Source: Eledone cirrhosa
Lineage: Eukaryota
Reading direction: 5' to 3'
Length of the DNA stretch: 64,000 nucleotides
Assembly: GCA_964016885.1 (NCBI GenBank)
Contig: OZ024741.1
Span: 41,912,001 to 41,976,000 of the forward strand
Part shown: positions 27,448-42,520 of the stretch, piece by piece
How the letters are laid out: the number at the start of each line of letters is the position of its first letter
How positions within the stretch are numbered: position 1 is the stretch's first letter
The notes under the pieces: generated by a model
Told to the model about the DNA's origin: nothing
The model's database searches: none
Seen by the model: the letters and a program-made list of their open reading frames with translations, nothing else
Program-made: the position numbers and the translations under genes

Positions 27448-27640
27448 GGGCGGTAAGTTGGCAGTATCGGTAGAGGGTCTGACGCAATGCTTTGCAGCAA
27501 AGAGTTACGGCCCTTTGCGGTCCGAGTTCAAATCCTGCTGAGTTTAACTTTGCCTTTCATCCCTTATGGGAGTCGATAAAATAAAGCACCAGTAATACAC
27601 TGGGATAATTACTGGTCATGTGCCAATTGTAGAAACAATT
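27448..27640 (+). mobile_element. SINE family A with TSD
   Basis: ATTATTATACACACA on both sides. Confidence 0.85.
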
Positions 27641-29353
27641 ATTATACACACATATACACACACATAAGTATGCACACATTTATACACAGATTCAATAAAA
27701 CATGCACAAGACATACATACATATATACACTCATACATATACACACCTAAATACATTTACACAGGTGTTATCACTATTATCTTCATTATCATCATCAAAA
27801 AATATATTTTGGAATTAGACTTTACAAAATAGTAACATTTATTTGTAACTAGCATTTTCAAACACTGAACTAGAAACAATACTTTATATATATGTCATGC
27901 TTAATATAGAAATGGCTTCTACAGGTCTGGAACTGTTTCATGATGATTTCTATATTTAACATATCTACACGCTACTAATGTATTGAGTACCTTACTTACT
28001 GTGGTTACCCCCGATTGAACCTGGCACTCACACACACACACACATATATATATGGCTGAGTGGTTAGAGAATTGGATTTGCAATCTTGAGGTTGTGAGTT
28101 TGATTCCCAGACCAGGTGATGCATTATGTCCTTGGGCAAGACACTTTATTTCACTTTGCTCCTACCTGGAGTTGCGACCAATAGATAGTATTAGCAATTG
28201 GGAAGACCAATGGAAACATTGTTTCCTCAGTCCGATTTGACGAAGTCGACTGACTGTCGATATATATAGATATATATATAAGGTCAGAAGTTGAGAAAAC
28301 ATCTAATCATTTGGTAAATTGAGGTTTAAGCTAATGTGAGTTGATAATCAGTTAAGGCAAAGGGTGTAGAGCGTCTGGAGTTAATCCAATGTTTATGGTC
28401 CACTCACATTTATATATATATGTAATAATGTTTTCAAACTGTCAGGCACATTTAGCAGTCTGTTTCAGATATTAAATACAACAATATCCAGATTTGCAGC
28501 TGCCAGCAGAAAAACACAGACTTTAAGTTCAGAACACACAGAGCTAAATCAGATATAGTAATGCTGCCTTACACTATAACAATTCTGCCACTCCACCACA
28601 ACCAGTTAATTTAAACCATGTCCCAATCCCAGAAGCTCATCAGGCCAGAACTTGTCCTGATTTCATTGACTTTAAGCAACCATCACAGGGTTAAACCCCA
28701 GCTGATGCTGGTACTCATTTTTTCCAGCTGAGTGGACTGGAGCACTATGGAATGAAGTGTCTGGCACAAGAACATAACACAACTTTACTACCACTCCTAG
28801 AGTGGTACTTTATTTAATAACCACAATCCTCCACTCTTGAATCCCTGAAAAGATGAATGGGATAGTTGCCTTCATCAAAATTTGAACTCAGAGCAGAGTG
28901 AGCTGGAACAAATATCAAAGCCTTTAATCCAATGTCCTAATTACACTGCCAATTCACTGCTTTGCTTCTTTCAAGATGTAAAATACAAAGTCTATTTCAT
29001 ATAGTGATAGTGAAAGTTAAATGCACACAAGAGAAAACCCCCAGAGGAAAGAAAAGTTCCATCCAATTACACTTGACCATATCAATCAAGTTTCTGCTCT
29101 GCTGAAATTCAAAGAGAAATGCATCATTTAATACTCTTGGCATGGAACCAATCTATGATACAATTAAGTATTTAAAGAAGGAAGTAGTTTTGATAAGAAT
29201 CTAGCATTGCGACAATACTTTCATGATGTAATGCTATGCTTGCTAATGGTCCCCCGCAACTATGGCCCAGAACCAACTAGACTGCTAAAATATAGAAGGA
29301 TTAATGCTTTTATTTATTTTAGGAAACAGATTTCATTATCATTGCTATTATCA

Positions 29354-30058
29354 GGGCAGTGAACTGGCAGTATCATTTGGGCATCAGACAACATACTTTG
29401 CAGCATAGAGTTACAAATCTTTACGTTCTGAGTTCGAATCCCGTTCAGGTTTTCTAAACTTCTTTGTCATTTTAGTGTGTTGTATTTTATCAGTTTATTC
29501 TTCTTCCAAATATTTATTGGAGTTAGGGCAGTGGATTGCCAGTAATCGGTGGAGCGTTGAACAACATGCTTTATGGTATAGAGTTATGGCTCTTTACATT
29601 CCGAGTTCAAATTCCACTGAGGTTAGCTTTGTCTCATCTTTACGTGGTTGATAAAATAAAGCACCTGTAAAGCATTAGGGTCAATTTAATTGACTTTCCC
29701 TTCCCTTAAAATTGCTGGTTTTGTGCCTATAGTAGAAATCATTGTCATTGCTATTGTTAGGAGAGTTAACTGGTAAAACCGATTGAACGTCTGACAACAT
29801 GTTTTGTGGCATAAAATTATGGCTCTTTACGATCTGAGTTCAAATCCCGCCGAGGTTAGCTTTGCCTTTCATCCTTATGGGGTCAATAACAAAACACCAG
29901 TAAGGCACTGGGACCGATAAAATAAAGCACCATTAATGCATTAGGGCCAATAAAATAAAGCACCAGTAATGCACTGGGGTCAATTTAATGGACTTGTTCC
30001 TTCCCCCTGAAAATTGTTGGCCTTATGCCTAAATCAGAAATACTTATCATTGCTATTG
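29354..30058 (+). mobile_element. Three older SINE family A copies in head-to-tail order
   Basis: Heads at ~29354, 29526 and 29760; ATCATTGCTATT-like sequence before the first and third heads and after the last tail. Confidence 0.75.
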
Positions 30059-30534
30059 CTTTTTATCTGTTTACAGCTGAAAGATGACATTTCTCCAGGC
30101 AAAAAAAAAAAAAAGAAGAAACTCTGAATATTGCACTAATCCTCAGTGAGTTCTGTTAAGTAAAAAGCATCGACATATAATGAGCTTATTTTGAGCTTTA
30201 TTTGCAATGGATAGATAACAAATTGGCAGAGTTGTTAGAATGCTTTGTAGTATTTGTCCTGGTTAAGTTCAAATCTTGCCACAGTCAGCTTTGCCTATCA
30301 TCCTTTTGAGGTTGGTAAAATAGCAGTCCAATAATGTGGTTAATTGTTCATCTACCTATCTGGCTAGGTTCAAACCTAGATGGACTGCCAGCCATAAATG
30401 CCTAAATGTCACAAAGGTGTCTCTGACTATCAGGAGTTTTGTGCCCACTGATCACACTAAGGGGATAGTGTGGAAGAACAAAGTGTTTGTCACATTACCT
30501 TATATAGCAAACAGGAAAAGAGCAACTGAATAAT

Positions 30535-30810
30535 AATAATAATGATTTCTACTATAGGCACAAGGCCAGTAATTTGGGGAGAGGGGGAAAGTCGATTAAA
30601 TCGACCCGAGTACGTTACTGGTGCTTTATTTTATCGACACTGTAAGGATGAAAGGCAAAGAAAACCTTGATAGGATTTGAACTCAGAACGTAATAAGTAT
30701 TTTTGATTTAGGCACAAAGCCAACCATTTTGGAGTATGGAAAGTCAATAAAATCAACCCCAGTGCATTACTGGTACTTTATTTAATTGACCCCCATAAGG
30801 ATGAAAGAAA
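30535..30810 (-). mobile_element. Tandem SINE family A fragments
   Basis: Two GGCACAAGGCCA...TACTGGTACTTTATTT...GTAAGGATGAAAG units; a similar pair at 31458-31738. Confidence 0.75.
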
Positions 30811-32484
30811 TAATAACAAGCGCTTTAATGCCATTTTCCCTGCTTTAGCTACAAAGGCCCTATGACAGGTTTTAGCATGGACCCCTCTTTAAAGTAAAAT
30901 CTTATACTTAGAAGCCTTCTTTGCACCAACCCTTTTTGTGCACCAGATACATGCAGCATTCTATTACACATCATTGTCCCACCCTTGCAAGCAGGGAAAA
31001 GCGGACGTAAAATGATGATGATGAAGTGAATATTTAAGAAGTTCACTTCACTATAATGTCTCAGGTTTGACTCTACTGCATAGTGTCTTGGAGAAATATC
31101 ATTTATCATAACTTTATATTGACCCAAACCTTGTGAGTGATACTGGGGGCAGACATAAACTGTAGAAGTTCATTGAATGAACTGTTCCTGCTATTTAACC
31201 CTTTCATGGCCACATTTCTAATGAAATACACTCTAGTTTAATTAATTAATCAAGATTTACTGTAGTTAATTATTTCATTAGTAAGGCACTAACTTAATGT
31301 AAGGTTCTTATATAAAATTATGGTGGAAGATTTTCATTTAAATTGGAAACCTTCAAAAGGGTGGTTTTATTTCATAGAACCAGAGCCAGTTTTGGTCAGA
31401 TTGGTAACTAAAGGGTTAAAGATCTTGTCACATATGTCACTATGATTCAGCTTGAGAATAATGGTTTCTGATTTAGGTACAAGGCCAGCAATTTTTGGAG
31501 GAGGGGAAAGTCGTTTAAATCAACACCAGTGTGTTACTGGTATTTTATTTGATTGACCCTGTAAGGATGACAGGCAAAGTTAACCTCAGCAAGGGCACAA
31601 AGCATGTTGTCTGACTCACTACTGATACTACCAGAGAATAATATTAATTGTTTCTACTTTTGGCACAAGGCCAGCAATTATCCCAGTGTATTACTGGTAC
31701 TTTATTTTATCGACCCCGTAAGGATGAAAGGCAAAGTTAGAATAATATTAATAATCTTAAGAGTGCATGTGTCTGAGAAATACATAACCTACACATTAAT
31801 AGAAGAGAGATTGTACCTGTAATCCAAAGGACAACACACACACATACACACACGTATGCTGCTTCAGATGGAGTACTACATTAAGAGTGCATATTCTGTG
31901 GAGTACTCAACTACTTAAGATGGTGGTAATTCACCAGTCAGATGTTCAATTGATTGAACAACTGAATGCTCACTCATTGTCAGAACCAACAGAGGATCCA
32001 TCACCATCACAAAGTATTAAAATTAAAATCAAAAAAGATACATATTATGAACTGTAATAATGGTAATGTAATGTGGATGGCATCAACATTACAATACATG
32101 TGTTACCAGTACGTATCATTATCTACTGAATGAGCATCTATTTTCAGATTATGAGCAACAGAAATTATTCTTCTCGAAGAAGAGATAGGAAAATAATTCT
32201 CTTATTTTCAAATCAGTGAATATTTTGTCAAATTAGACTTTCTTTGTATGAAATTTAAAGCAATGAAGCATATATCGTGAGAGAACATTGATTTTTAAAT
32301 TAAGTAGATTTTTGTCCTAGAAATAATTTGAATTTCAGACTTTTTTTTCTTTCTTTTCCTTCCAATATCACTGCCATAGGTTGTCAGTATTCATATTATC
32401 TACTGGATAAGAACACCAAATACTTTGGATAGGACACCTACGTGAATTTTACACAGTTTCACAATGTGGTGTACACATTATATA

Positions 32485-32770
32485 TAAGGTTTGGCTAAGA
32501 AGTTCATAGGCTGACTATGAAAGATTGATGCTAGAGCTGTGAAATCTTGCATGCAGTAATTTCAACTCTTCTTATGATTAACTGCATTGTTTCTTTCCAG
32601 GGACTATGTTGAAAAATAAACCTCATTTGGTTATTCCACGAGAGTATCTTGGTCAGCCTATGAAGGAGTGATGCTCGAGCTGTGTAATTTTGCATGCAGT
32701 AATTTCAACTCTTCTTATGATTAACTATATTGTTTCTTTCCAGAGACTATGTTGAAAAATAAACCTCATC
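32485..32770. mobile_element. mariner-type MITE with partial internal duplication
   Basis: AAGTTCATAGGCTGAC ... GTCAGCCTATGAA inverted repeats; homolog at 36765-36949. Confidence 0.7.
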
Positions 32771-33535
32771 TTCCTTGTCTCCTCTTCCCAATGATCTTGC
32801 CACAAAGAATCAGCTTTTCCAAACCGTCTTCTGTTTATGTGGGCAAATAATTCCAATTGCCTCTTTCTAATAGTACAGATAAGAGATCTTTCCATGGCTG
32901 CCAGTCTTAGGACTTTATCATTGGTTTTCTTTTCCATCCAAGATATCTTGGATGAACCATATTTAAAAACAAAACTAAAATTGTACAAGTATACACATAG
33001 ACAGCAGATCAAGCAGAAACGAAGTCGAACAATTTTATAAAAACTTAGACAAGGCAAAAAGACAACTGAAATCCCAAGACATCAAGGTCATAATGGTGGA
33101 TTTCAATGTGAAGGTGGGGTGGGACAAGAAAGAATCAGGAACAATGTTGGACCATTTGACTTGGGTGAAATAAATGATAGTAAAAAAAGCATTGGTGGAC
33201 TGGTGTAAGGAGCACAATTTTATTATCAGAAACACTTGGTTTGAAACCCATGTAAGACGATGTTGGACATAGAAAAGCCCTGGCGACCACGTCAAAAATA
33301 AGATAGACTTCATCCTCGTTGAAGTACCTTTTAGAAATTTCATCAATTCGGCAAAATCTATGCCAGGTACAGACAGTGGCAGGGACCATGTTCCCATAAT
33401 AGCCAAGATGAAACTAAAACTGAAAAAGACCAGCAAACTTAAATTCCAACCAAAACTCCAAGTCAACCTTTTGAAGAAAAATGAAGATTTAAAACAAAAA
33501 TATTCCATCTGTGTCAGGAATACTTTCAACACTGA
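32770..33535. mobile_element. Decayed RTE: APE endonuclease fragment (+, ~32990-33535) next to an inverted C-terminal fragment (-, 32770-32960)
   Basis: DFNVKVG, NTWF, WT*KSPG...NKIDFILV and GTDSGRDHVPIIAKMKLKLK are RTE endonuclease motifs; minus part reads ISWMEKKTNDKVLR...IRKRQLELFAHI. Confidence 0.8.
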
Positions 33536-34997
33536 ACAATTTTACAAATATATATAAGGACCCTCCAGTAGTGTCAAGGGCATGACAACCCCCCTAGAGT
33601 TGGTGATTTACACAATAAATACACCCAGTATATGCTGTAAAGTGATTGCTGATATGAAGGGCATCCATCCATATAAATCTTGTCAAATAAAGGGTTGGGA
33701 GGACCCTCTAATTGTGTCAAAGGCATAAGAACCTCTCCTGAACACTTGATGGAACATGAGACCATACATAAGCACACAGATTCCTGGCCTATCTGGGAGA
33801 TCAGTGGCTCCACTTCAGTACTGACGTGGTCTATAAGGACCAACCAAACCCTTGCTAGAAAGGAAAGTGGATGTCAAAACAACAATGATGAAGATGATGA
33901 TATATGTGAAAATGTGGGAATACCCAAAATAGAAAATAAGTCGATCACTATAAATAAGCTAAAAATTTGGGTAAAATATCCCTAGTGATGGAAAAAAGTG
34001 GCTAGCAACCACTACAGAGAATTGAACATATCTCTTGAATACCATGGATTCCTACATTTTCAGATCACAAAATATTTGTATATTTATGAGCATAATGTGA
34101 GTGTATATGTGTGTGTATATATATATATGTGTGTGTGTGAGTGGTGTACATGTATTTGTTTGTGTGTTTGAGTGTGCATATGTGTGTGCGCGTGTGTGTG
34201 TGTGTGTGCATAAATTCTTCACTGAAAGTAGAAAAATGACAAATTGATTTGTAAACTGATTACAAGATATCCCAAACCTCCCAAATATGATATAAACTTC
34301 ATTCTAAAAATATTTTACACCAATATTGGCTGTCAAAAGTCAATAGTGAAATGTTTGCCAGTCATGTTAAGTTTGATCAAGACAGATCAATGAAGATAGA
34401 AGCAATCTAACCAGTTTAGATATATCTAGAGCTGCTTTCCTTTCATAAATCCCTCTACCACCACCACAGCAGCCACAAACACCACCATTACAACTGCAAC
34501 GATCACCACAAAAGCCGCTATCCATTCCAACAATCATTATCATCAACATTAGTTTGTAAAGATCATAACTTATTCCCAGCATCATAAGTAATTAAGCATT
34601 TGGTAAATGGTTTTGTTATTATTGGCATTTCACATTGAACGAGTTTTGCAATATTGACAGCGGCATAAGCTAGTTGCAGGCAGCAGCTGCTTAATAAAGT
34701 CTGTTCACTCACAAGTGAGGAAAGAACATTTGTACAACATCTTAGCAGTGAAGCAGTAGAATTTCTTTCAAAACTCACATATAAATAAAGTTAGTTATAA
34801 TAAAAAAAAACCTAAAAAAAAAAAAAAACTACAGATGGAGAACTTTACACATCACATCGCTCTGAAGAAAACAACACAGAATCTAATCCTTTAAAATAAT
34901 CTTACTTAAAAAATATGGACCTCCGTCACTTTCAAAGTTGTTTTATCAATGGAATGGCCTACTTGTTAAATCTAGTGTGTGTATATGCGTATGTATG

Positions 34998-35049
<52 letters not shown>

Positions 35050-35326
35050 TGTAGGCCCCCAGTTGTCACAACACCTTTCTAGGAGAGGGAAACTCTGAAA
35101 AAAAAAAAAAAACCTGCAGCTTCGGAAGCATCCAATGATGTTGACCAGTTCTCCTTTTCAGGTAGTGTTTTCGATGCTCAGAGGGTGGGGGGATTAGTCG
35201 AGTGCATTTCTTGTTCAGGATCTGTTACAGGTTCATGTGGCTGGCCATAGCCTAAAAGTGCACCAAACTATGATGAAAAATGGATCTGACAAACGATTGC
35301 AATACTCTTAGCAGAGTTTGCAGCCA

Positions 35327-35908
35327 TCCTCTCTATATATAAAACTGAGGATGTATGTCTGTGTGTGTGAGTTTGAATCCCTAAAACTCGAGAACCACCC
35401 AACCGACTGTTTTCAAATTTTACACATGTAATACTTGTGTTTCAGGGAGTGTTCTGAGCCAATGAATTTCAAATTGTCAATGCCCTAGGGCCCACATTAG
35501 GCGATTTAGCGATCTCTCTCTATAATTCTTAGTCTTTCTCTTTTTAGATAGATATATACATATAACATCGTGCCCTTATAATATCTGTCTGTATGTCTGT
35601 CTGCATTACGTCACTTCCTACAATTCGCTCTGCGTCCAGAAAGCGCCCTTATAATATCTGTCTGTATGTCTGGCTGTCTGCTGCCTCCGGTTATTCTGCC
35701 ACCTTTGCTCAAGACAAATCTCACACTCATTCCCCAAACAGTTGGTAAGTGCACACAACTTCTTCCTCACGTTTTAAGCCAGAGTGTTGCTACCTTACGT
35801 ACCACCAGACCCTTACTTCTTTGTCAGCCGTCGTAATACTAAGCTTAGCTAAAGCGGTTATATATTTCACAATACCTTATCCCATGCAACGCCGGGTACC
35901 ACTGCTAG
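35327..35908 (+). mobile_element. Non-autonomous Helitron with repeated 5'-end-like modules
   Basis: A|TCCTCTCTATATATAAAA start; 3' CCCatGCaacGCcGGG hairpin, then CTAG|T; CpGs retained. Confidence 0.8.
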
Positions 35909-35954
<46 letters not shown>

Positions 35955-36764
35955 CAGCTGAAGGTTCCTTGACCATTTGTTTGACTATTTGTGTATGCCT
36001 GGATGCTCTTTCTATCAACAACTTTACAGAATATACTGAGTACATCTACTATGTATATCACCAATACTACAGCAGTTGTCACCCATTGACTTAAGTGAAG
36101 AGCTCCCTCTAACCTACAGCCAGGGGATAGTGGAGTGTATCCTTAGCAAAATGCTAAGGGAGTAAAGTATATTTGCACATTTTAACAGTGAATCAGCAGA
36201 TTTTCTTTAAAAATTCATAAAAAATTAATTTTTGAATGGTTGAGTATTCCACACACACATGGACCTCTGTCAGTTTTGATGAGTGTTCCAGTTGATTGTT
36301 GTTTGATTAACAATGTTCTACTCCTTAAATTAACAAGTAAGTAGTTTAGAATTCCCCAGACCCCCTTTAGCATTTACATTACTCTATATTTACTATTGTA
36401 TTTTCATAATTATCTCGCATAATATCGAATATATGAGATTTTGATGTTATTTATTTTGAGAACAATACCTTAAAGTCAGTATGAGTGGCAGGTTACAGCC
36501 AGTTTGAACAGAAAGATGTGAGAGAATCCTGGCTGGATACAGCTTTTTTAAATGCTAAGGGTTAACATAATGCAGTATCAAAGATATTCTGCATGACAGT
36601 GCGTAACGAGACTGGCTTTTTAATCTCAAGGTACAGTCCATTCAATACGCCTTCAAATTTACATGCAAGCGGCTAAATATTACACATGTACGCTTATGCT
36701 GAATCTACCCGAGAATTACGTTATGACAATAATTGACTAGGCTGGCTCTTTTGACTTACATGTA

Positions 36765-36949
36765 TGGAGTCAGCTGAACAGTTCATAGACTGACCAAGAT
36801 ACTCTCATGGAATGACCAAATGAGGTTTATTTTTCAACATAGTCCCTTGAAAGAAGCAATTGTTATTAATAAGAAGAGTTGAAATTAATGCATGCAGCTC
36901 TAACATCACTCTTTCATAGTCAGCCTATGAATTTTTTGGCTGACTCTTG
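36765..36949. mobile_element. mariner-type MITE
   Basis: TA|TGGAGTCAGCTGAACAGTTCATAGACTGAC ... GTCAGCCTATGAATTTTTTGGCTGACTCTTG|TA. Confidence 0.75.
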
Positions 36950-39900
36950 TACAGTTCATCCAACAGGCTTCCAAATAGTTTGACTACCCACTTTTATTTA
37001 CAAAGCCTGGGTGAACTCAATACACTATTAAAAGCCACTTACCAAAGATGACATGCAGAACCTCATGACTATGAAGCAAACTTAATCATTCAACTTTAAC
37101 ACTTTGGATACTAAACTGCCTGAAACTGCTACTTATGAGAAAATTAATTGTTTTACTAAATCCCTGAAAATACTTATTTCCTAATTTATATAAAAATTAC
37201 AAACAGTGTCCCTTTAGTAATATGGTATTCCAGTTGTTGAATCAATGAAACAGCTTGCTCAAGAAGTTAATGTGCAAGTGACTAAGCATTCCACATAATG
37301 CAATAAAAACTATGATGATGATGCCTGACTGTCATATGAGTTGACTAGTGCAATGTGAAAAAGTATTTTGCTCAAGGACAATGTGCTGCCAGGAATCAAA
37401 CTCATGTCCTCACGATCATGAGCTAAACACCCTAACCACTAAGCTACACATATTCACAAGAAGAAATATGGTAACAAAAGGTTAATAGAATTTACAACAT
37501 TTCATAATATCAACATTTAAAGTGAGGAAGTTAAGTAGAGTTAGTTTAGCTGCCTTACATAATCTGGTGTTTAAACTGCCGGAAAACAACATTGATCTAT
37601 TTCTTTACAAGGCTGATCAAAGAAGTACCTATTATATTTACAAAGTTTGACTCAAATAATTCAAAAAGTAATCAATATCCATTGATGTGTCCCTTTTGAT
37701 ACGCAAACATCTGAAACTGCCCCTGGTTCTATGATACTAAGCTGTTTGTTTTCAAGTATTTTTATGTATGTACATATGGATCCATAACTCCTAATGGAGT
37801 CATAGTGACATAAGGAATTTTAAACCTGGCAGAGCCCTTATCTCTATATGTCTGAACACAGCCTTTTTCTTCCAGAGAAGAGAGTCATAGAGATAAAGTC
37901 AAAAAAGAGATATAGAAGAAGAATCAACCCAAGTACTGGACTAGTGCCTTTTTATTGACCTTGAAAAGATGAAAGGTAAAGTTGACTTTGGCAAAATTTG
38001 AACTTAGAGTGCAGAGACCTAGAATGAATACTACAAAGCATTCTATCGACAGCTAATTCACGGCTTTTTAAGTATTCATATTTATCTAAAAAAAACACAT
38101 AATTCTATGTAAGAACCTTTGTTAAAATATGTTCAAAACACTATCTCAATATTGAGAAAGTTATATTACTAAATCTCTCCAAACTATTGATTCTTAAAAT
38201 TATTTGAAAATTATATGCAGCATCTTTCATTAGAGACATGATAAAAGGAGTCTACAGTGAAATGACTTCAGAGCAGGATCAATAGTATACCAGTTATAGC
38301 AGAGACAAGGTAAAAATTGGTGACTTGCAGGTACTAAAATAATTTACAATACCTCACAGCTCCATGTTCAATTTAATTTCCTGGTACCTAGCTCAATCAA
38401 CTTTGCATTTTGCTGTTTCGGATGATTGATAAAGTTACTAGCAATAATAGACAACAAGCATTTTTAGGCCATTTTTTTTCCTTGCAAAAACATGGGCTTC
38501 ATGACAGGTTTTATACTCATCATGGGGTCCTTTTTAAGGCAATATCTTATAGTTGGATACATATTTGGTGCCAGCCTTTTTGGTCACCCCTTATGACATA
38601 CAAGATATGATTAATATGCTGGAGTGAATTAATTAAAATATATACACAGCAAAAAGTCCCCAGTTCACACTGTAAAGTGGTCATTTTGGTGTCATAATAA
38701 AAAGTACCCAGTACACACTGTAAATATGGAAGGGCTTCCAACTGTAGAAACCAGCCCAGAATCAATTCTAGATGAGCAAGACACAATTGTCTGATCTGAC
38801 TTGTCTCGCAATGAGACAATTTGTCTAACCCATACTAGTGTAGAAAAATAGATGTTAGACGGTGATGATGATGATATCCTCTAACAACTAAGCATATGAC
38901 TTAGTTTGTGTGGTGTTGTGCCCTCGAGTGAGGCACTTTATTTTATGTTGCTCCAATCCACTCATCTTAACAAGTTGCTACACCACACCCATGTAGTGTT
39001 GTGCACAGAGCCTTGCATGGGGTGTTAAGGTTTCAAGGTCGTTAAGTGCGCATGAATCTAAGATTAGGGCAAACTAGAAGGTGTTCTAGAGTTTGTAATT
39101 GCCAGCATTGTCAGTTGGAATTATCATCAGAGGCCTATCCTTATTTCTGAAGGTTGGCTGTAGAAACAAAACCAAGATGCCATGTGAAACCAGGATAAGT
39201 TCTGACCTTCATCCAATCTGTGCAAGCTTAGCACAGCAGAAAGAAGGAGTGTAAAAACCATGAATCTTTCTCTTCTATCCACCAGCCTATCTGTCATACA
39301 TACACACTTTGTCATACACCCTCGAGACAAAATTAGTTTTGTGTTAACTGTAAACAAAAATAAATACATAAATTATTACATTTATAATGATGTAAAACAT
39401 TCTGCTTTTACATTTATCACTTTCTGCTGCACTTAACCAATCTTGAATTTGTTTATACCTCCTAAAGCAATGTGTATTTGTGTATTTGCATGTGTCAATC
39501 TTATAGTAATTCACAGATTAACAATGCTGACCACCACCACCAACACCACCGTCACCCTCATGCACTAGACTGAAAATAATCCCTGGCTTATCCGCAAGCA
39601 ATACGGGATACATATGCTTAGTCTAAATAATCTTTGGATTAGCAAAGAAATAAACGTGCAATGACTTTCCAACTACAAGATGATTTAGAAACACATGAAA
39701 ACCAACCAACAAAAACAACACAATAACAATAATTCAAATAAAATGTAAACTTGAATTATAACATCATCTTCAATAAGTGACAAACATTAAAAAAAAAAAG
39801 AAAAAAACCCAAAACATGGAAAATAGTCAGGGGCATGGCTGGGTAGCTAAAGTGTTCTCTTTACAACCACATGGTTTTGGATTCAATCCCATATCCTGGG

Positions 39901-39991
39901 TCTCTGGGCCAATGTCTTCTACTATAGGCTCAAGTGGACCAATGTTTTAGTGAAATTTGGTAGGCAGAAATTGTGTATATATATATGTATA

Positions 39992-40180
39992 TAATTGTTT
40001 CTACTTTAGGCACAAGGCCAGCAATTACCCAGTGCATTACTGGTACTTTATTTTATCGACCCCGTAAGGATGAAAGGCAAAGTCAACCTCAGCGGGATTT
40101 GAACTCAGATCGTAAAGGGACGTAACTATGCTGGAAAGCATGGCGTCCGACCCTCTGCCGATACTGCCAATCCACCGCCC
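39992..40180 (-). mobile_element. Young full-length SINE family A with TSD
   Basis: CpGs retained; TATATGTATATAAT on both sides. Confidence 0.9.
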
Positions 40181-40727
40181 GTTATATATGTATATAATGG
40201 GATTCTACACAATTTGTGAGTAACAAACAACACATGCACATAAATACGAACTACAACACAAAAATACTTAAATGAAAATCACATACCCAACTCTATCTAG
40301 TGCTTTACATTACACCTTACATAAAAAATACCTACATTATCACCACACGCTTCTCTAACAAATTGCACACTACCTTAAATGTTTATAACAAATATAACAT
40401 GCTTTAACACCTCACACAAAATATGTTTATTTCAACTGCATTATAACTCTTTCCTCATACATGCATTATTGACTGTATTGACTCCTGCATTGTACACCAA
40501 TAGTCCTCGCTTATAACTTCTTTCCCTGTGTTTTTTTGCTTGTGCTTTTTACTTTTACTTATACCTATTACACGTCCAACCAGTGCTCCCTGTAATTGTG
40601 TTATTTCAAGCAGAACATCTTTTTAACTCCTGAATCTCCACATGATGCCTTTGGCACTAATAACAACTATGTACCCTAAATGTTCTAAGTGACTAGGATT
40701 CTAGTTACACGTTTTCGACATTCCTTA

Positions 40728-40774
40728 TGCTCCGATGATTCCAGACTTCCCTCTGGAAGAAACAATTGTCAGCT
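40728..40774 (+). ncRNA. Hammerhead ribozyme with one core mutation (CCGAUGA)
   Basis: GCT-CCGATGA-TTCCAGA cttccc TCTGGAA-GAAA-CAATTG-TC-AGC: perfect 7-bp stem II, palindromic stem III, GUC triplet. Confidence 0.7.
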
Positions 40775-40837
40775 AATAAATGTTCTAAACTAAATTTTGA
40801 TCGTTTTAACACTTTGTATATATGTATATATATGAAG

Positions 40838-41203
40838 CAACCATGTTTCATTGGATGTGCAATGTAAATATGAGAGAAAGGCAGAGTTTGGACAAGCTGC
40901 GGGACAAGTTTATGGGGAATCTGAGATAGTGTGCAGGTGAGAAGACTGTGTTGGTATGGACATGTGATGTGCATGGACAATGACTAATGGGTCAAGAAAT
41001 GCCAGAAAATCCCAGTGGAAGGAAGCCGCAGTAGAGAATGACCAAGAAAGGCCTGGGCAGAAGTTATGAAGGCTGGCCTCAAATCACTAAGACAGGAAGA
41101 GGAGATGACAAAGGAACAAGACAAGTAGAGAGATGCCGTGTTGAGAAGGACCCATCCAACCCATGCATGCATGGGAAAGCAAATGTAAAAAGATGATGAT
41201 GAT
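40838..41203 (+). mobile_element. Older RTE 3' end with short 3' UTR
   Basis: WMCNV...RRLCWYGHVM...KAWAEV; runs directly into CCAACCCATGCATGCATGGGAAA...(GAT)n. Confidence 0.8.
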
Positions 41204-41214
41204 ATATATATATG

Positions 41215-41743
<529 letters not shown>

Positions 41744-42017
41744 TAAAATAACAGATTAAAGTTTAAGCAAAGAATCGCTGATGCATGAGTGTCTCCTTGT
41801 CTTTTAACTGTAACTTAGCAGTTCAATGAAAAAAGATCACTAAAATAAGTACCAAACTTAAAAAAATAAGTCTTGCTTCCTGTCACAAGAAAAGTTTTAC
41901 CCATAAAAATCAACCAGCGATTCTTTCCTGAGACATTCTAAGCACATGGCCATAGTATCAAAGCTGTGATATCTCAATTCCTAAGGTGCAAAATGAACAA
42001 GAACAATTTGTAGATAT

Positions 42018-42520
42018 ATCATCATCTATTTCACATGTTTCTCCATGCCAGTATGTATTGGATGAGTCTCTTCCAGTGTAGCTTTCTTCCTCCATGAGGT
42101 TCAACATTGTCACATCAGCTCTATTAATTTCTATTTAGATATTCCTTGACCTTCCTCTCTGTGGAATTCATGGCACTTCACCTAACAATCATTACCCTTA
42201 TGAATCACATGGCCATACCAATGCAGACCTCTCTCTTGCACACTACATTTCATTCCTCATATCCAGTTTCTCTCTCAGCTCATCCACCCTTTGCCACTCG
42301 TGTAAATTAACATTGCATATCCATCAAAGCATGCTCACTTCATTTCTCTCCAGCCTTCCCATATCCTCTACATTTGCTGATCATGTTTCACTTCCAAGCA
42401 AGCATCATATAACCAGCCTTTCTGTCAACAAAAGGAAACTTTTGATGTCAACAAAGGAAGTAGCTCCTTGAACTCTTTCCATCCTGTTCCTATCCTAGCT
42501 TCTATGCTTTCCAGGGAGCT
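42018..42520 (-). mobile_element. Older RTE C-terminal fragment with short 3' UTR
   Basis: Minus strand GWKEFKELLPLL...RLERNEVSML..ICNV...RGLHWYGHV, followed by a (GAT)n tail. Confidence 0.75.

Noticed and set aside
39565-39623. Helitron-like 3' hairpin
   Set aside because: The terminus is CTTAGT rather than CTAGT and no matching 5' TC end could be found.
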